46,990 bases of DNA from an uncultured Candidatus Saccharibacteria bacterium (GTDB lineage Bacteria > Patescibacteriota > Minisyncoccia > UBA6257 > GWB1-50-10): the NCBI GenBank assembly GCA_964365955.1, contig CAYISA010000006.1:1-46990 (forward strand), given 5' to 3'. The position numbers and the translations under genes were made by a program. This document shows positions 1 to 8,345 of the stretch, in pieces (within the stretch, counting starts at the first letter, position 1; each line of letters begins with the position of its first letter). The notes under the pieces are model-generated. The model saw nothing but the letters and a program-made list of their open reading frames with translations. It searched no databases and was not told where the DNA came from.

Positions 1-70
1 GATGCCGGTTATAAACAACGTGCAAAGAGTTGCACTTGAGGTACGAATTTAGGTTACTATTACTTCTTGT

Positions 71-99
71 ATTGTACACTCGCTTGATTTACTTGTCAA
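71..99 (-). promoter_or_regulatory. sigma70-type promoter firing leftward out of the window
   Basis: The minus strand reads TTGACA (99-94), 17 nt, TACAAT (76-71). It lies just downstream of the rseP stop. Its target lies beyond position 1. Confidence 0.4.
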
Positions 100-136
100 G
101 CGTAGAAAACAACTGAAAAACGAAGGTTTTTCCGTG

Positions 137-1210
137 CTATCCCCCACTTACAATCTTTCCCACATCCTTAATAGTCACCAGAATCATAAGACCAACCAGC
201 ACGATAAAACCTACCGTATTGATTCCATTCTGGATTTTCTGATGGATAGGCCGCCGGATCGCCTTTTCGATAAGCACCACCAGAAATCGCCCTCCGTCGA
301 GCGCCGGAAACGGGAGTAGATTTAGAACCGCGATATTCAAGGATAAAATCGCCATGAGCTGAAGAAGCGGTATCATGCCGAACGCCCCCGCCTCCGCCGC
401 GATCGAAAAAATTCCAACCGGTCCCGCTACACTTTCGATAATTTTGGGAGAAACAAAAAGTTTCGTGACAAATGCGTAAAGCCCCTTTGCGATCACTTCA
501 AGTATATTCCAGGTGGTCTCCGTGGCATTTTGAATGCTTCCGCCAAGGTTTGTACTCGGAACGCCGATGCGCGTAAGCGCGAGGCCCAAAGCGCCTTCGC
601 CTTCGGGCGGGTTCATGCGCGGGTGGAGAGAAATCGTCCGGCGGTTATTCCCACGCGCAAGCGTAAGCGACAGTTCGTTGTCCCCTGCGTTTTTCACGAG
701 CGCGATAAAGTCCTCCGTCGCAATCGGGTCCAAAAGCGCCGTGTTGCCATACCGGGCCCCAAGAATCACGTCGCCCTCCCGAATATCCGCGACCTCCGCC
801 GGAGAACGAGACGCAGTCGCGCCCACTATCAAGTGTTCGGGGTATCCGACCGCAAAGACCAGAATCAGCAAAAACCAGCCCAAGAGAATATTCATCGCGA
901 CTCCCGCAAGAAGGATAGAGGACCGCCGCCAAACCGCTTTAGTGTTAAAATCCCGTCCCGTTTCCCCTTCCGCATCACCCGCGCGCGCGGGATCCGTTCC
1001 GTGAATCCGCACAAATCCTCCAAACGGCAAGGCGTTCACGCTATAGACCGTTTCACCGATCTTCCCCGCAAAAAGGCGCGGTGGGTACCCAAATCCGAAC
1101 TCATCCACGCGCACCCCGTTCCACTTTGCAACCAAAAAATGACCCGCTTCATGAAACAGAATAATCAGCGACAGGAATAAAAATACGAGTAGGAAGGTTA
1201 CGACATCCAT
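137..1210 (-). CDS. rseP: RseP-like site-2 protease (M50 zinc metalloprotease with PDZ region)
   Basis: 357 aa. HEAGH zinc motif at the N-terminus inside a TM helix, an internal PDZ-like segment, and a C-terminal LNLLPFPALDGG motif typical of M50 proteases. Confidence 0.85.
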   Translation of the reverse strand: MDVVTFLLVFLFLSLIILFHEAGHFLVAKWNGVRVDEFGFGYPPRLFAGKIGETVYSVNALPFGGFVRIHGTDPARAGDAEGETGRDFNTKAVWRRSSILLAGVAMNILLGWFLLILVFAVGYPEHLIVGATASRSPAEVADIREGDVILGARYGNTALLDPIATEDFIALVKNAGDNELSLTLARGNNRRTISLHPRMNPPEGEGALGLALTRIGVPSTNLGGSIQNATETTWNILEVIAKGLYAFVTKLFVSPKIIESVAGPVGIFSIAAEAGAFGMIPLLQLMAILSLNIAVLNLLPFPALDGGRFLVVLIEKAIRRPIHQKIQNGINTVGFIVLVGLMILVTIKDVGKIVSGG

Positions 1211-1213
1211 GAA

Positions 1214-1765
1214 TTATTCCGTGATCTCTTTTGTTTTTGCGTCCAGTAATTTTTCGATAGCGCTGTTGGTACGATCCGTCTCTTTTTGAATTTGTTCTTT
1301 CAGCGAAAATTTTTGATCCTCCGTGACCAGTTTTTCGTCAAAATCCTTTTGGATCTCCTTATTCGCTTCATCGCGAAGGTGACGTAGTTGAATGCGGTGT
1401 TTTTCCGCCACGGATTTCACATATTTAATAAGCTCATCGCGGCGCTCGCTACTTAGCTCCGGCAAAAAAATTCGCACAACGTTCCCCTCGATATTCGCGG
1501 AAAACCCAAGTCCCGACGTTTCAATAGCCTTTGCTACGCTTGCGACCGCGGACTGATCCCAAACTTGAATTAAAATCTCGCGCGGTGGCGCAATACTTAC
1601 GGTAGCGAGCTGTTTTAAGGGAGTTTGCTGATCGTAGTAATTTACTTTGAGTGTGTCAAAAAGAGCCGTGGAAGGACGGTTTGCACGCACGGCCGATGCT
1701 TCCTTTTTGAAGCTTTCTTCCACTGCGCTCATTTTTGACTTAAAATTTTCCACCACCGTCGCCAT
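1214..1765 (-). CDS. frr: ribosome recycling factor
   Basis: 183 aa. Full-length match to the Frr pattern (RANRPSTALFDTLKVNYY..., SSERRDELIKYVK...). Confidence 0.93.
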   Translation of the reverse strand: MATVVENFKSKMSAVEESFKKEASAVRANRPSTALFDTLKVNYYDQQTPLKQLATVSIAPPREILIQVWDQSAVASVAKAIETSGLGFSANIEGNVVRIFLPELSSERRDELIKYVKSVAEKHRIQLRHLRDEANKEIQKDFDEKLVTEDQKFSLKEQIQKETDRTNSAIEKLLDAKTKEITE

Positions 1766-1770
1766 GGTTC

Positions 1771-2541
1771 TTATTGTATAGGAAACGCGTTTTTTATGTA
1801 ATCCGCCGCTTTTCGCTGCAGTTTGGGATTCAGCGTAAAGCGCTCAAGATGCAGTTCGCGGTCCAAAAGCATCGCGAGCGTTCGTGCGTACTTCACTTTA
1901 TCTTTATTCCAAAGCGCTATTATTTCTTCCTGCAGATATACGGACAAATCGTCTTCGGAACCACGAACAGCCTTTAAAATTCCGAGAGCGCGGCCTAGGC
2001 GACCGAAAGAATTTTTTGCGATGATTTCCGCTTTTTTCTCCGGTACTTTAAACTCCGTGATCAAGAGTGTCTTGAGTTCCGTTTCCGAAAGTCGTGAAAA
2101 ATACACTTTGGAAAGTCGTGAAAGAATCGGCGCAAGAAGCACGGAAGGTTCGTGCGTAATAAAAATAAGAAGCCCGTGTGCCGGCGGCTCTTCCACTAAC
2201 TTCAGAAGTGCACTCTGCGCCTCGGGTGTCAGTGTATGCGCGTCTTTAATAATCGCTGTTCTCCTCTTTGACACAATGGGGGTGCTCCACAAAAACGGAC
2301 GGAGGCTACGAACAACATCAATTCCGATTTTTCCCTTCTCATCGGGCGCGAATATCCGCGCGTCCAACAAAGGCGCTTCTCTCGTCTTGAACGCTCCCCC
2401 TTCAAGATACGACGCAAGCGCGGCGGTAAACGTGCTTTTTCCAACTCCTTCGTCGCCAAAAAAAAGATAGGCGTGGCCAAGCTTATCTTTTTCTAAAAGT
2501 TTCCGGAACACAGTTTCCTTTTTTGTATGTAGGGAAACCAT
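1771..2541 (-). CDS. holB: DNA polymerase III delta-prime subunit (short form)
   Basis: 256 aa. N-terminal HAYLFFGDEGVGKST P-loop-like motif and ...LLKLVEEPP... clamp-loader box. Confidence 0.75.
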   Translation of the reverse strand: MVSLHTKKETVFRKLLEKDKLGHAYLFFGDEGVGKSTFTAALASYLEGGAFKTREAPLLDARIFAPDEKGKIGIDVVRSLRPFLWSTPIVSKRRTAIIKDAHTLTPEAQSALLKLVEEPPAHGLLIFITHEPSVLLAPILSRLSKVYFSRLSETELKTLLITEFKVPEKKAEIIAKNSFGRLGRALGILKAVRGSEDDLSVYLQEEIIALWNKDKVKYARTLAMLLDRELHLERFTLNPKLQRKAADYIKNAFPIQ

Positions 2542-2551
2542 ACGCGCGTGA

Positions 2552-3559
2552 TTAGCGCTTCTGAAGCAGTGTCTTTTTGTAGTTATCCAAATGATTCAAA
2601 ATAATCGCCGTTCCTTTCGCAACGCACAAAATCGGCTCTTCCGCTACATAAGATGCCACACCCAAAGAACGTTTGATGAATTCGTCGAAATCCCGAAGCT
2701 GTGCACTCCCGCCCGATAAAATAATTCCTTTCTCCATAATGTCCGCGGCAAGCTCCGGCGGCGTAACATTAAAAACCGACTGGATCGCATTCATAATCTC
2801 CATCAAATGCCCATTAATCGCCTCCGCCACTTCATTCGAATTAATCACTAAATCTTTCGGAAGCCCGGATGTGAGATCGCGTCCGCGGATTTTCATATCT
2901 AGTTTTGCCCGGTTCGGAATCGCCGTACCGATGCCGATCTTGATGTTTTCCGAGGTGTTTTCGCCGATCGCAAGCCCGTATTTCTTGCGAATATAGTCGC
3001 TGATCGCCTGATCAAACCGGTTCCCCGCCACGCGCAGACTATGCCAATTCACGATACCGCCCAAAGAAATCACCGCCACCTCGGTGGTTCCGCCACCGAT
3101 ATTCACGATCATATTGCCTTCCGCGGAATGAATGGGAATGCCGGCTCCGAGCGATGCAAGAAGGGGTTCTTTCACCAGATACACCTCTTTCGCACCCGCT
3201 TCTTTCGCGGCGTTCAATACCGCGCGATGTTCCGTGGACGTGATGCCAGCCGGCACAGAGATAATCACCTCGGGCCGAATAATATTAAAAGCACCGATGC
3301 TTTTTTTGATGAAATATTTCAGCATCGCTTGCGTCACGTAATATTCCGCAATCACGCCGTCTTTAAGCGGTCGATACGTCACAATATCGTCCGGCGTCCG
3401 TCCCACCATTTCTTTCGCTTCCGCCCCAACCGCAAGCACTGTGTTGTCAGGCCTCCGAAGCGCCACGACGGTGGGTTCGTTAATCACAATTCCCTTGTCG
3501 GGCAAAAAAACAAGCGTGTTGGTGGTTCCAAGATCAATGCCAATTTTGCGCGTGAACAT
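2552..3559 (-). CDS. mreB: rod-shape determining actin homologue MreB
   Basis: 335 aa. IGIDLGTTNT phosphate-1 motif and NIGGGTTEVAV phosphate-2 motif, colinear with MreB. No mreC or mreD is adjacent. Confidence 0.9.
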   Translation of the reverse strand: MFTRKIGIDLGTTNTLVFLPDKGIVINEPTVVALRRPDNTVLAVGAEAKEMVGRTPDDIVTYRPLKDGVIAEYYVTQAMLKYFIKKSIGAFNIIRPEVIISVPAGITSTEHRAVLNAAKEAGAKEVYLVKEPLLASLGAGIPIHSAEGNMIVNIGGGTTEVAVISLGGIVNWHSLRVAGNRFDQAISDYIRKKYGLAIGENTSENIKIGIGTAIPNRAKLDMKIRGRDLTSGLPKDLVINSNEVAEAINGHLMEIMNAIQSVFNVTPPELAADIMEKGIILSGGSAQLRDFDEFIKRSLGVASYVAEEPILCVAKGTAIILNHLDNYKKTLLQKR

Positions 3560-3647
3560 AAGATGTCGTGGTAACTCTACACCAGCAATCCGAGGGTTTC
3601 AAGAGTTCTTGCGACTTTTATCCGGCTGTTGCACCATAAAGACGCTT

Positions 3648-5000
3648 ATGGCGCGCCGCTTACGAAACAGTATTGTCGCAGTTGCGATTCTTCTTTTTCT
3701 CATTTTGGGAGGCTATTTTTTTCTTCAGCAGAATGGGTGGGTGTGGGACCCTACAAACTGGAAAATGGTGAAAACGGGAGGTATTTATCTTTCTTTTGTG
3801 CCGCATGGCGCGCAAATTTTGGTAGACGGTACTCCCTATGCCGACACGACAAGCTTTCTTTCGTCTGGAATTCTGATCCAACGCCTTCCGCCGAAACCTT
3901 ATGCGATCACTCTTAAAAAACCCGGATTTTATCCGTGGGAAAAAACCGTGGCGGTAACCCCCGGAAAAGTTGCCGCGGCACACGATATTTTTCTGTGGCC
4001 CAAAAATCCCCCCACTCAAATCGTGGGCGCGGGAATAAAAGATTTCTGGATTACGCGCGAGGGGCTTGTTCTTGAAGACGCGCACGGTCAATTGCGTCTT
4101 GGGAACCAACTACTGCGTGGAACAACAGTGGAACTATCCAGTTCCGATTCCGGAGGACTTATTACGCGGCAAAACACATCGCGTTTTTTCATTGATCTTC
4201 AGAATCCGGAAACTGCCACAAATCTTGATTCTTTGTTCACTTCGCTTCTTGGGCAAATTTATCCCTCCGCCCGCGACACAAAAATAGACCGAATTTTCTT
4301 TCATCCTTTCAGCCACCAAAAGCTTCTGATCACAACAAAAACGGCGCTCTACAACACAGATTTGAAGAAAATCGACATGGAGCGGGTCGCTGTTTTTCCA
4401 GAAGGAACCATTCTCTCGATCAGTTCCAGCGACGGATCGGCACTGACCCCAACCGGAGATCTTCTTGTTTTTAATCTCATCTTGAAAACATTCTCTTCTT
4501 CTACCCTCTCTTCCGTGCCCTCTTCCACTACAAAAATATCTACGAGTCCGAACGGAATCTATCTACTTTTGGAGACAAAAGAATCGGGATTTTTTGTCTA
4601 TGATCGAAACACGGAAAAAATGACGCGAGTTACCGATGCCCCCGTTGCCGCATACACGGTTTCTCCCGAGGGTAAACGGCTCGCAATGCTCACGGAAGAT
4701 AAAAAACTGACGCTGTATTACCTGGCGGAATACGAAGGCAACCGACTTGTCCCAAAAGAAACGCGCGAAAGCGTTTCTTTCCCCTTTCTTTTTTCTAGCA
4801 CCTCCCGCATTCTCTGGCTTCCGCATCAAGATGCCGCCCTGCTGCTGAACTCTAATTCCGCGATAGGACTCGATATGGATTTCAGGAGTCCCTTAAACAC
4901 TCAAATTCTTTATAAAAATACCTCAAAAAATGATTTCACGGACACGCTACTCCTACTAAAAGAAAACGGGGAGCTTTTGAGTATTGATTTGGAGGGATAA
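3648..5000 (+). CDS. membrane-anchored PEGA-domain protein with a long beta-rich C-terminal region
   Basis: The track ORF 3441-5000 overlaps mreB. The internal ATG at 3648 (MARRLRNSIVAVAILLFLILGG...) gives an N-terminal TM helix followed by a PEGA-like segment (GAQILVDGTPY...ITLKKPGFYPWEKTV). Confidence 0.6.
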   Translation: MARRLRNSIVAVAILLFLILGGYFFLQQNGWVWDPTNWKMVKTGGIYLSFVPHGAQILVDGTPYADTTSFLSSGILIQRLPPKPYAITLKKPGFYPWEKTVAVTPGKVAAAHDIFLWPKNPPTQIVGAGIKDFWITREGLVLEDAHGQLRLGNQLLRGTTVELSSSDSGGLITRQNTSRFFIDLQNPETATNLDSLFTSLLGQIYPSARDTKIDRIFFHPFSHQKLLITTKTALYNTDLKKIDMERVAVFPEGTILSISSSDGSALTPTGDLLVFNLILKTFSSSTLSSVPSSTTKISTSPNGIYLLLETKESGFFVYDRNTEKMTRVTDAPVAAYTVSPEGKRLAMLTEDKKLTLYYLAEYEGNRLVPKETRESVSFPFLFSSTSRILWLPHQDAALLLNSNSAIGLDMDFRSPLNTQILYKNTSKNDFTDTLLLLKENGELLSIDLEG

Positions 5001-5031
5001 AATAGCCATTTTTACTCGCTTTTTTGAGCTA

Positions 5032-5061
5032 TTGACAGGACAATAGCCTATATGCTATATT
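5032..5061 (+). promoter_or_regulatory. possible sigma70-type promoter for the small plus-strand ORFs
   Basis: TTGACA (5032-5037), 18 nt, TATATT (5056-5061), in an AT-rich gap. Confidence 0.3.
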
Positions 5062-5105
5062 TAAGATAGTAAATTTTACTCACTATATTTTGAAAAGGCC
5101 GTGCC

Positions 5106-5225
5106 GTGAAAAATATATTAATCGTGTTATTAATCTGCTGCTCTGTAATATTCATATTTGCGGGTTGCAGTGGATGGCTTTCCAATTCAGAAGCCAAAGA
5201 TTTTTGGAGCGTACACGGGATCTAG
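5106..5225 (+). CDS. candidate 39-aa lipoprotein (hand-translated, not in the ORF track)
   Basis: A GTG start gives VKNILIVLLICCSVIFIFAGCSGWLSNSEAKDFWSVHGI. This is a hydrophobic signal followed by the lipobox-like FAGC. Confidence 0.3.
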   Translation: MKNILIVLLICCSVIFIFAGCSGWLSNSEAKDFWSVHGI

Positions 5226-5231
5226 TTTCTC

Positions 5232-5462
5232 TTGTTTATGAATCTTTTCCCGCGTATCACAATGCTTATTATAACCGCCTTTCCTATTGGGTTTTGGAGT
5301 TGGGTAGGATGGTTATTTTGTCCTCGACTACTTGCTGCGATTCTGGCAACGCACTACTACTGGAATACTAATCCAGTCTTGTGCGTGGTCACCTGGATCG
5401 TCGCCCTCGGGACAACTGGTTCGATAACGACTGCTACTTCGAAGAAAGTTAGCGAGCTGTGA
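5232..5462 (+). CDS. small hydrophobic membrane protein, hypothetical
   Basis: 76 aa with two or three predicted TM stretches. Start is TTG (5232) or ATG (5238). Followed by a clean intrinsic terminator. Confidence 0.35.
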   Translation: MFMNLFPRITMLIITAFPIGFWSWVGWLFCPRLLAAILATHYYWNTNPVLCVVTWIVALGTTGSITTATSKKVSEL

Positions 5463-5494
5463 TTGTAGCGCCAAGTGAAGGTCTCTCAACTTGA

Positions 5495-5519
5495 GCCGTG
5501 GTATCCCCACGGCTTTTTT
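5495..5519 (+). terminator. intrinsic terminator
   Basis: GCCGTGG (5495-5501) / CCACGGC (5507-5513) stem followed by T6. Confidence 0.65.
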
Positions 5520-5573
5520 ATTTATATATCTCTCCAATGAACACCGCGGCTGTGAATGTGAGATTTTGTTCTG

Positions 5574-5597
5574 AAAAAAACGTCTCGTAGCGCGAGA
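5574..5597 (-). terminator. weak intrinsic terminator ending the rpsI 3' region
   Basis: The minus strand reads TCTCG-CGCTA-CGAGA, then CG and T7 (complement of A7 at 5574-5580). Confidence 0.4.
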
Positions 5598-5703
5598 AAT
5601 AAGCGACTCCACGCGTTGTTTAAAAACTATATCGCGCAGTCCCGACGGGCTTGGTACCGATTCCTATCGGGCCGGAGGGATGAGCGAAAATAACATTTTT
5701 CCG

Positions 5704-5755
5704 TCCCGACGCTCGAAGAGGTCGGGATTCCGACTTTGCAAAGCAAACGTCGGAA
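5704..5755. repeat. two abutting palindromic units, TCCCGAC-N10-GTCGGGA and TTCCGAC-N14-GTCGGAA
   Basis: Read directly: 5704-5710/5721-5727 and 5728-5734/5749-5755. A third TCCCGAC half-site lies at 5640-5646. Inner helices (CTC/GAG, TTTGC/GCAAA) extend both stems. Confidence 0.7.
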
Positions 5756-5802
5756 CTGGAGAAAAATAATTCTGGTAGTTTTGGATGATGCGGGGAGGAG
5801 CT

Positions 5803-6267
5803 CTATCGTTTTCTCCATTGCTGTGGCCTTCGCGCTTTGCGACTCCCTGGTTTTTTGCGCTCCACCATGCGCGGATCGCGTTTTAAGTAACCCAGTGCCT
5901 TCAGCCGCGAACGCGTTTCTGGAGTTTCTGCCACAAGCGCGCGCGCAATTCCCAACCGCACCGCCTCCGCCTGTGCCGCAGTTCCTCCGCCCGTTACATG
6001 GGCCGTCACCTTATACTCCGTTACGGAAAGGGTGGCGAAAGGAGCCACAACAACGCTTTGATGTTTTTTGACCGGAAAATACTCCGCGAATGACCGTTTG
6101 TTGATGACGATCTCCGCGCCTTTCGCGTTGCCATACACGCGCACGCGTGCACCGGCCGTTTTACGCCGTCCGATGGTTTCGATGTACTGCTCTTTTTTTA
6201 CTGTAGGCTTCGCGGGTTTCGCGGGTTTTGCGGAATGCGATACCGGCGTATGTTTGACGGGTGTCAT
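5803..6267 (-). CDS. rpsI: 30S ribosomal protein S9 (with a Lys/Pro/Ala-rich N-terminal extension)
   Basis: 154 aa. GRRKTAGARVRV core and C-terminal ...RKARRPQQWRKR. Confidence 0.93.
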   Translation of the reverse strand: MTPVKHTPVSHSAKPAKPAKPTVKKEQYIETIGRRKTAGARVRVYGNAKGAEIVINKRSFAEYFPVKKHQSVVVAPFATLSVTEYKVTAHVTGGGTAAQAEAVRLGIARALVAETPETRSRLKALGYLKRDPRMVERKKPGSRKARRPQQWRKR

Positions 6268-6271
6268 AGGA

Positions 6272-6613
6272 CTAATTTTCGATAATCAGACGCTTCAATC
6301 GACGTATGTTCAGTCTATTTTTCGGCAACATAAGACGCACCGCGTGTTTCAGCGTCCAGCCGGGATTTTTTTCAAACGTTTCGGCGAATTTTCTTTCTTT
6401 CAAATGGCCCAAAGGCCCCGTGTGTTTGTAATAGATTTTTTGCGTTGCTTTGCGTCCCGTCACGGTGATTTTTTTGGCGTTTTTAACGATCACGCGATCC
6501 GTCCCTTCGTTTTTCGGATTATAGTTTGCGTGTTTTTTCCCTTGCAAAATAACCGCGATCTCTGATGCGAGACGGCCCAATCGTTTTCCTTGTGCGTCGA
6601 TCGTGTAATCCAT
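6272..6613 (-). CDS. rplM: 50S ribosomal protein L13 (short, 113 aa)
   Basis: ...DAQGKRLGRLASEIAVILQGK...YYKHTGPLGHLKE...MLPKN... is colinear with L13. It immediately follows rplQ. Confidence 0.9.
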   Translation of the reverse strand: MDYTIDAQGKRLGRLASEIAVILQGKKHANYNPKNEGTDRVIVKNAKKITVTGRKATQKIYYKHTGPLGHLKERKFAETFEKNPGWTLKHAVRLMLPKNRLNIRRLKRLIIEN

Positions 6614-6615
6614 AG

Positions 6616-6966
6616 TTATACAAATTCAATTATCGCCATATGAGACGCGTCGTGTAGGCGTTTTTTTACGGTTTTGACCACGCGCGTGTAACCGCCCTTG
6701 CGATTTGCGTACCGTGGAGCGATATCGTGATACATTTTGTACGCGGCGTTTTTCGGAAGATGCTCGATAAGAAGACGAAGCGCCGGGACGGTCTGCCGCT
6801 TTCCGTACGAGACGTAGCGCTCTACGATTCCACGGAGCTCTTTTGCGCGTGCCTCGGTTGTGGTGATCTTCCCGTGCTGAATCAAATTGTTCGCAAGCGT
6901 TCTTAAAAACGCTCTACGAACTCCTTTTTTTCTTCCGAATTTTCGCCCTTTGTTTAAATGCCGCAT
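6616..6966 (-). CDS. rplQ: 50S ribosomal protein L17
   Basis: 116 aa. MRHLNKGRKFGRKKGVRRAFLRTLANNLIQHGKITTT... is the canonical L17 N-terminus. Confidence 0.93.
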   Translation of the reverse strand: MRHLNKGRKFGRKKGVRRAFLRTLANNLIQHGKITTTEARAKELRGIVERYVSYGKRQTVPALRLLIEHLPKNAAYKMYHDIAPRYANRKGGYTRVVKTVKKRLHDASHMAIIEFV

Positions 6967-6975
6967 ACTAAAATA

Positions 6976-7716
6976 TTATTTTTTCTTTTTGGGGGCTTTC
7001 GCCGTTTTTACTTCCGTAGCAGCCACTTCCACCGCGGATACTTTTGCGAAATGGTCTTTTAAAATATTCGCTGATTTATGGATGGCCTCGGACGGCGTAA
7101 TGGAACCATCGGTTTCCACTTCCAAAATTACGCGATTGTAGTCCGTGCGATCCCCGACGCGCATATTCTCCACGGAAAATGCTGTGCGGACTACGGGAGA
7201 AAACACCGCATCCAAAACAATCGTTCCCACCGGGAGCCGTTCCAGGCGGCGCGCTTCCGTAGGAACATACCCCAATCCCTTTTCTACCGTAACCTCTATA
7301 TCCAATTCCGCATTCTTCTTGGTAAGCGTCGCGAGCGGAAGATCGACGTTAATCACTTGGGCAAGCGTCGTAGGTTGGATATCTCCTGCCGTCACCTTTT
7401 TCTCTCCTTTTACTTTGAGCGTAAGCACCTGCGGTTCATCGGCAAAAAAGTGAAACCGCACCTTTTTCAAATTCAGCGTGAATTCCACTACATCTTCCAT
7501 CATCCCGGGAACGGTGGAAAATTCGTGATCCACGCCTTTTATTTTGATCTGCGTAATTGCCGCGCCGGGAAGCGAGGAAAGAAGCGCGCGCCGAAGCGCA
7601 TTCCCTACTGTAGTTCCGTACCCCGTGTAAAGACCTTCGACGTGAAACACCCCCACGTTGTCCTTTTCGGACACCTTCTTGATTTCCACCGTCTCACTTA
7701 AATATTGATATTTCAT
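6976..7716 (-). CDS. rpoA: DNA-directed RNA polymerase alpha subunit, N-terminal domain only
   Basis: 246 aa. The alpha-NTD pattern is present (GTTVGNALRRALLSSLPGAAI..., MRVGDRTDYNRVILEVETDGSI). The protein ends in a KKKK tail and rplQ starts 10 nt later. Confidence 0.88.
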   Translation of the reverse strand: MKYQYLSETVEIKKVSEKDNVGVFHVEGLYTGYGTTVGNALRRALLSSLPGAAITQIKIKGVDHEFSTVPGMMEDVVEFTLNLKKVRFHFFADEPQVLTLKVKGEKKVTAGDIQPTTLAQVINVDLPLATLTKKNAELDIEVTVEKGLGYVPTEARRLERLPVGTIVLDAVFSPVVRTAFSVENMRVGDRTDYNRVILEVETDGSITPSEAIHKSANILKDHFAKVSAVEVAATEVKTAKAPKKKK

Positions 7717-7730
7717 AGTATGATCAATGA

Positions 7731-8333
7731 TTACCTTGCATAAAACTGTCCGACCAAATTAAGATCGTGCTGGAAGGGAGTCGAAAGTTCTTGTACTTTC
7801 GCGACACATTCCCCCTTCATTTGTTCTTTGTCTGTTTTAAGCCACTCGGGCACTTGGTATTCCTTCAAATACTCTTTTGCGTCCTTAAAAATTTTCAAAT
7901 CCCGCGATTCCGGCCGGACCGCAATGATATCTCCTTTTTTTACCTGGAACGAACCGATGGTCACCTTCCGATTATTTACCAAAATATGGCCGTGCGATAC
8001 AATCTGCCGCGCAATGCGGGGGGACTTAACGAACCCGAGTAAAAACACCACTTGATCCAGCCGTTGCTGGAGGAGCGAAATAATTTCTTCGCGCGTGTGC
8101 TCTTGAAAAAGCGTACGCATTTTCCGATTATTCAGTCCGTAAAAAAACTGAAGTTTTTGTTTTTCCGTAAGCTGACGGCCGTAATCCGAGGGCTGTTTTC
8201 TGCGCGCCTGTCCGTGCATGCCGGGACGGTAGGGGCGGCGAATCATCACACACTTTGGCGAATTACAACGATCCGCTTTTAAAAGCAACTTAACTCCGAG
8301 CGAACGTTCTTTTTTTTCTTTAATAACTCGCAT
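7731..8333 (-). CDS. rpsD: 30S ribosomal protein S4
   Basis: 200 aa with an S4 N-terminal region and an S4 RNA-binding domain (...SHGHILVNNRKVTIGSFQVKKGDII...). Confidence 0.93.
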   Translation of the reverse strand: MRVIKEKKERSLGVKLLLKADRCNSPKCVMIRRPYRPGMHGQARRKQPSDYGRQLTEKQKLQFFYGLNNRKMRTLFQEHTREEIISLLQQRLDQVVFLLGFVKSPRIARQIVSHGHILVNNRKVTIGSFQVKKGDIIAVRPESRDLKIFKDAKEYLKEYQVPEWLKTDKEQMKGECVAKVQELSTPFQHDLNLVGQFYAR

Positions 8334-8345
8334 GATGTTTTTAAA

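Noticed and set aside
530-1180. 216-aa and 156-aa plus-strand ORFs antisense to rseP. Similar long antisense ORFs occur at 1823-2470, 3041-3574, 11598-12152, 15036-15515, 26098-26604, 35657-36076, 36652-37392 and 37097-37639.
   Set aside because: All lie entirely inside well-supported genes on the opposite strand. They have Arg/Ser/Pro-rich low-complexity translations, and none has a ribosome-binding site or a recognisable motif. They are typical shadow ORFs.
3441-3647. N-terminal 69 codons of track ORF 3441-5000.
   Set aside because: This part overlaps the 5' end of mreB on the other strand and translates to nonsense-like sequence. The ATG at 3648 gives a proper TM-anchored N-terminus.
5574-5802. 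Known housekeeping RNA (SRP/4.5S RNA, RNase P RNA, tmRNA, 6S) in the gap after rpsI.
   Set aside because: By eye there is no GGAA-tetraloop / AGCAGC SRP domain IV motif, no GAGGAAAGTCC P4 box or ACAGAA...GGCTTA partner, and no tRNA-like acceptor/T-arm for tmRNA. 6S cannot be excluded or supported without a covariance-model search.
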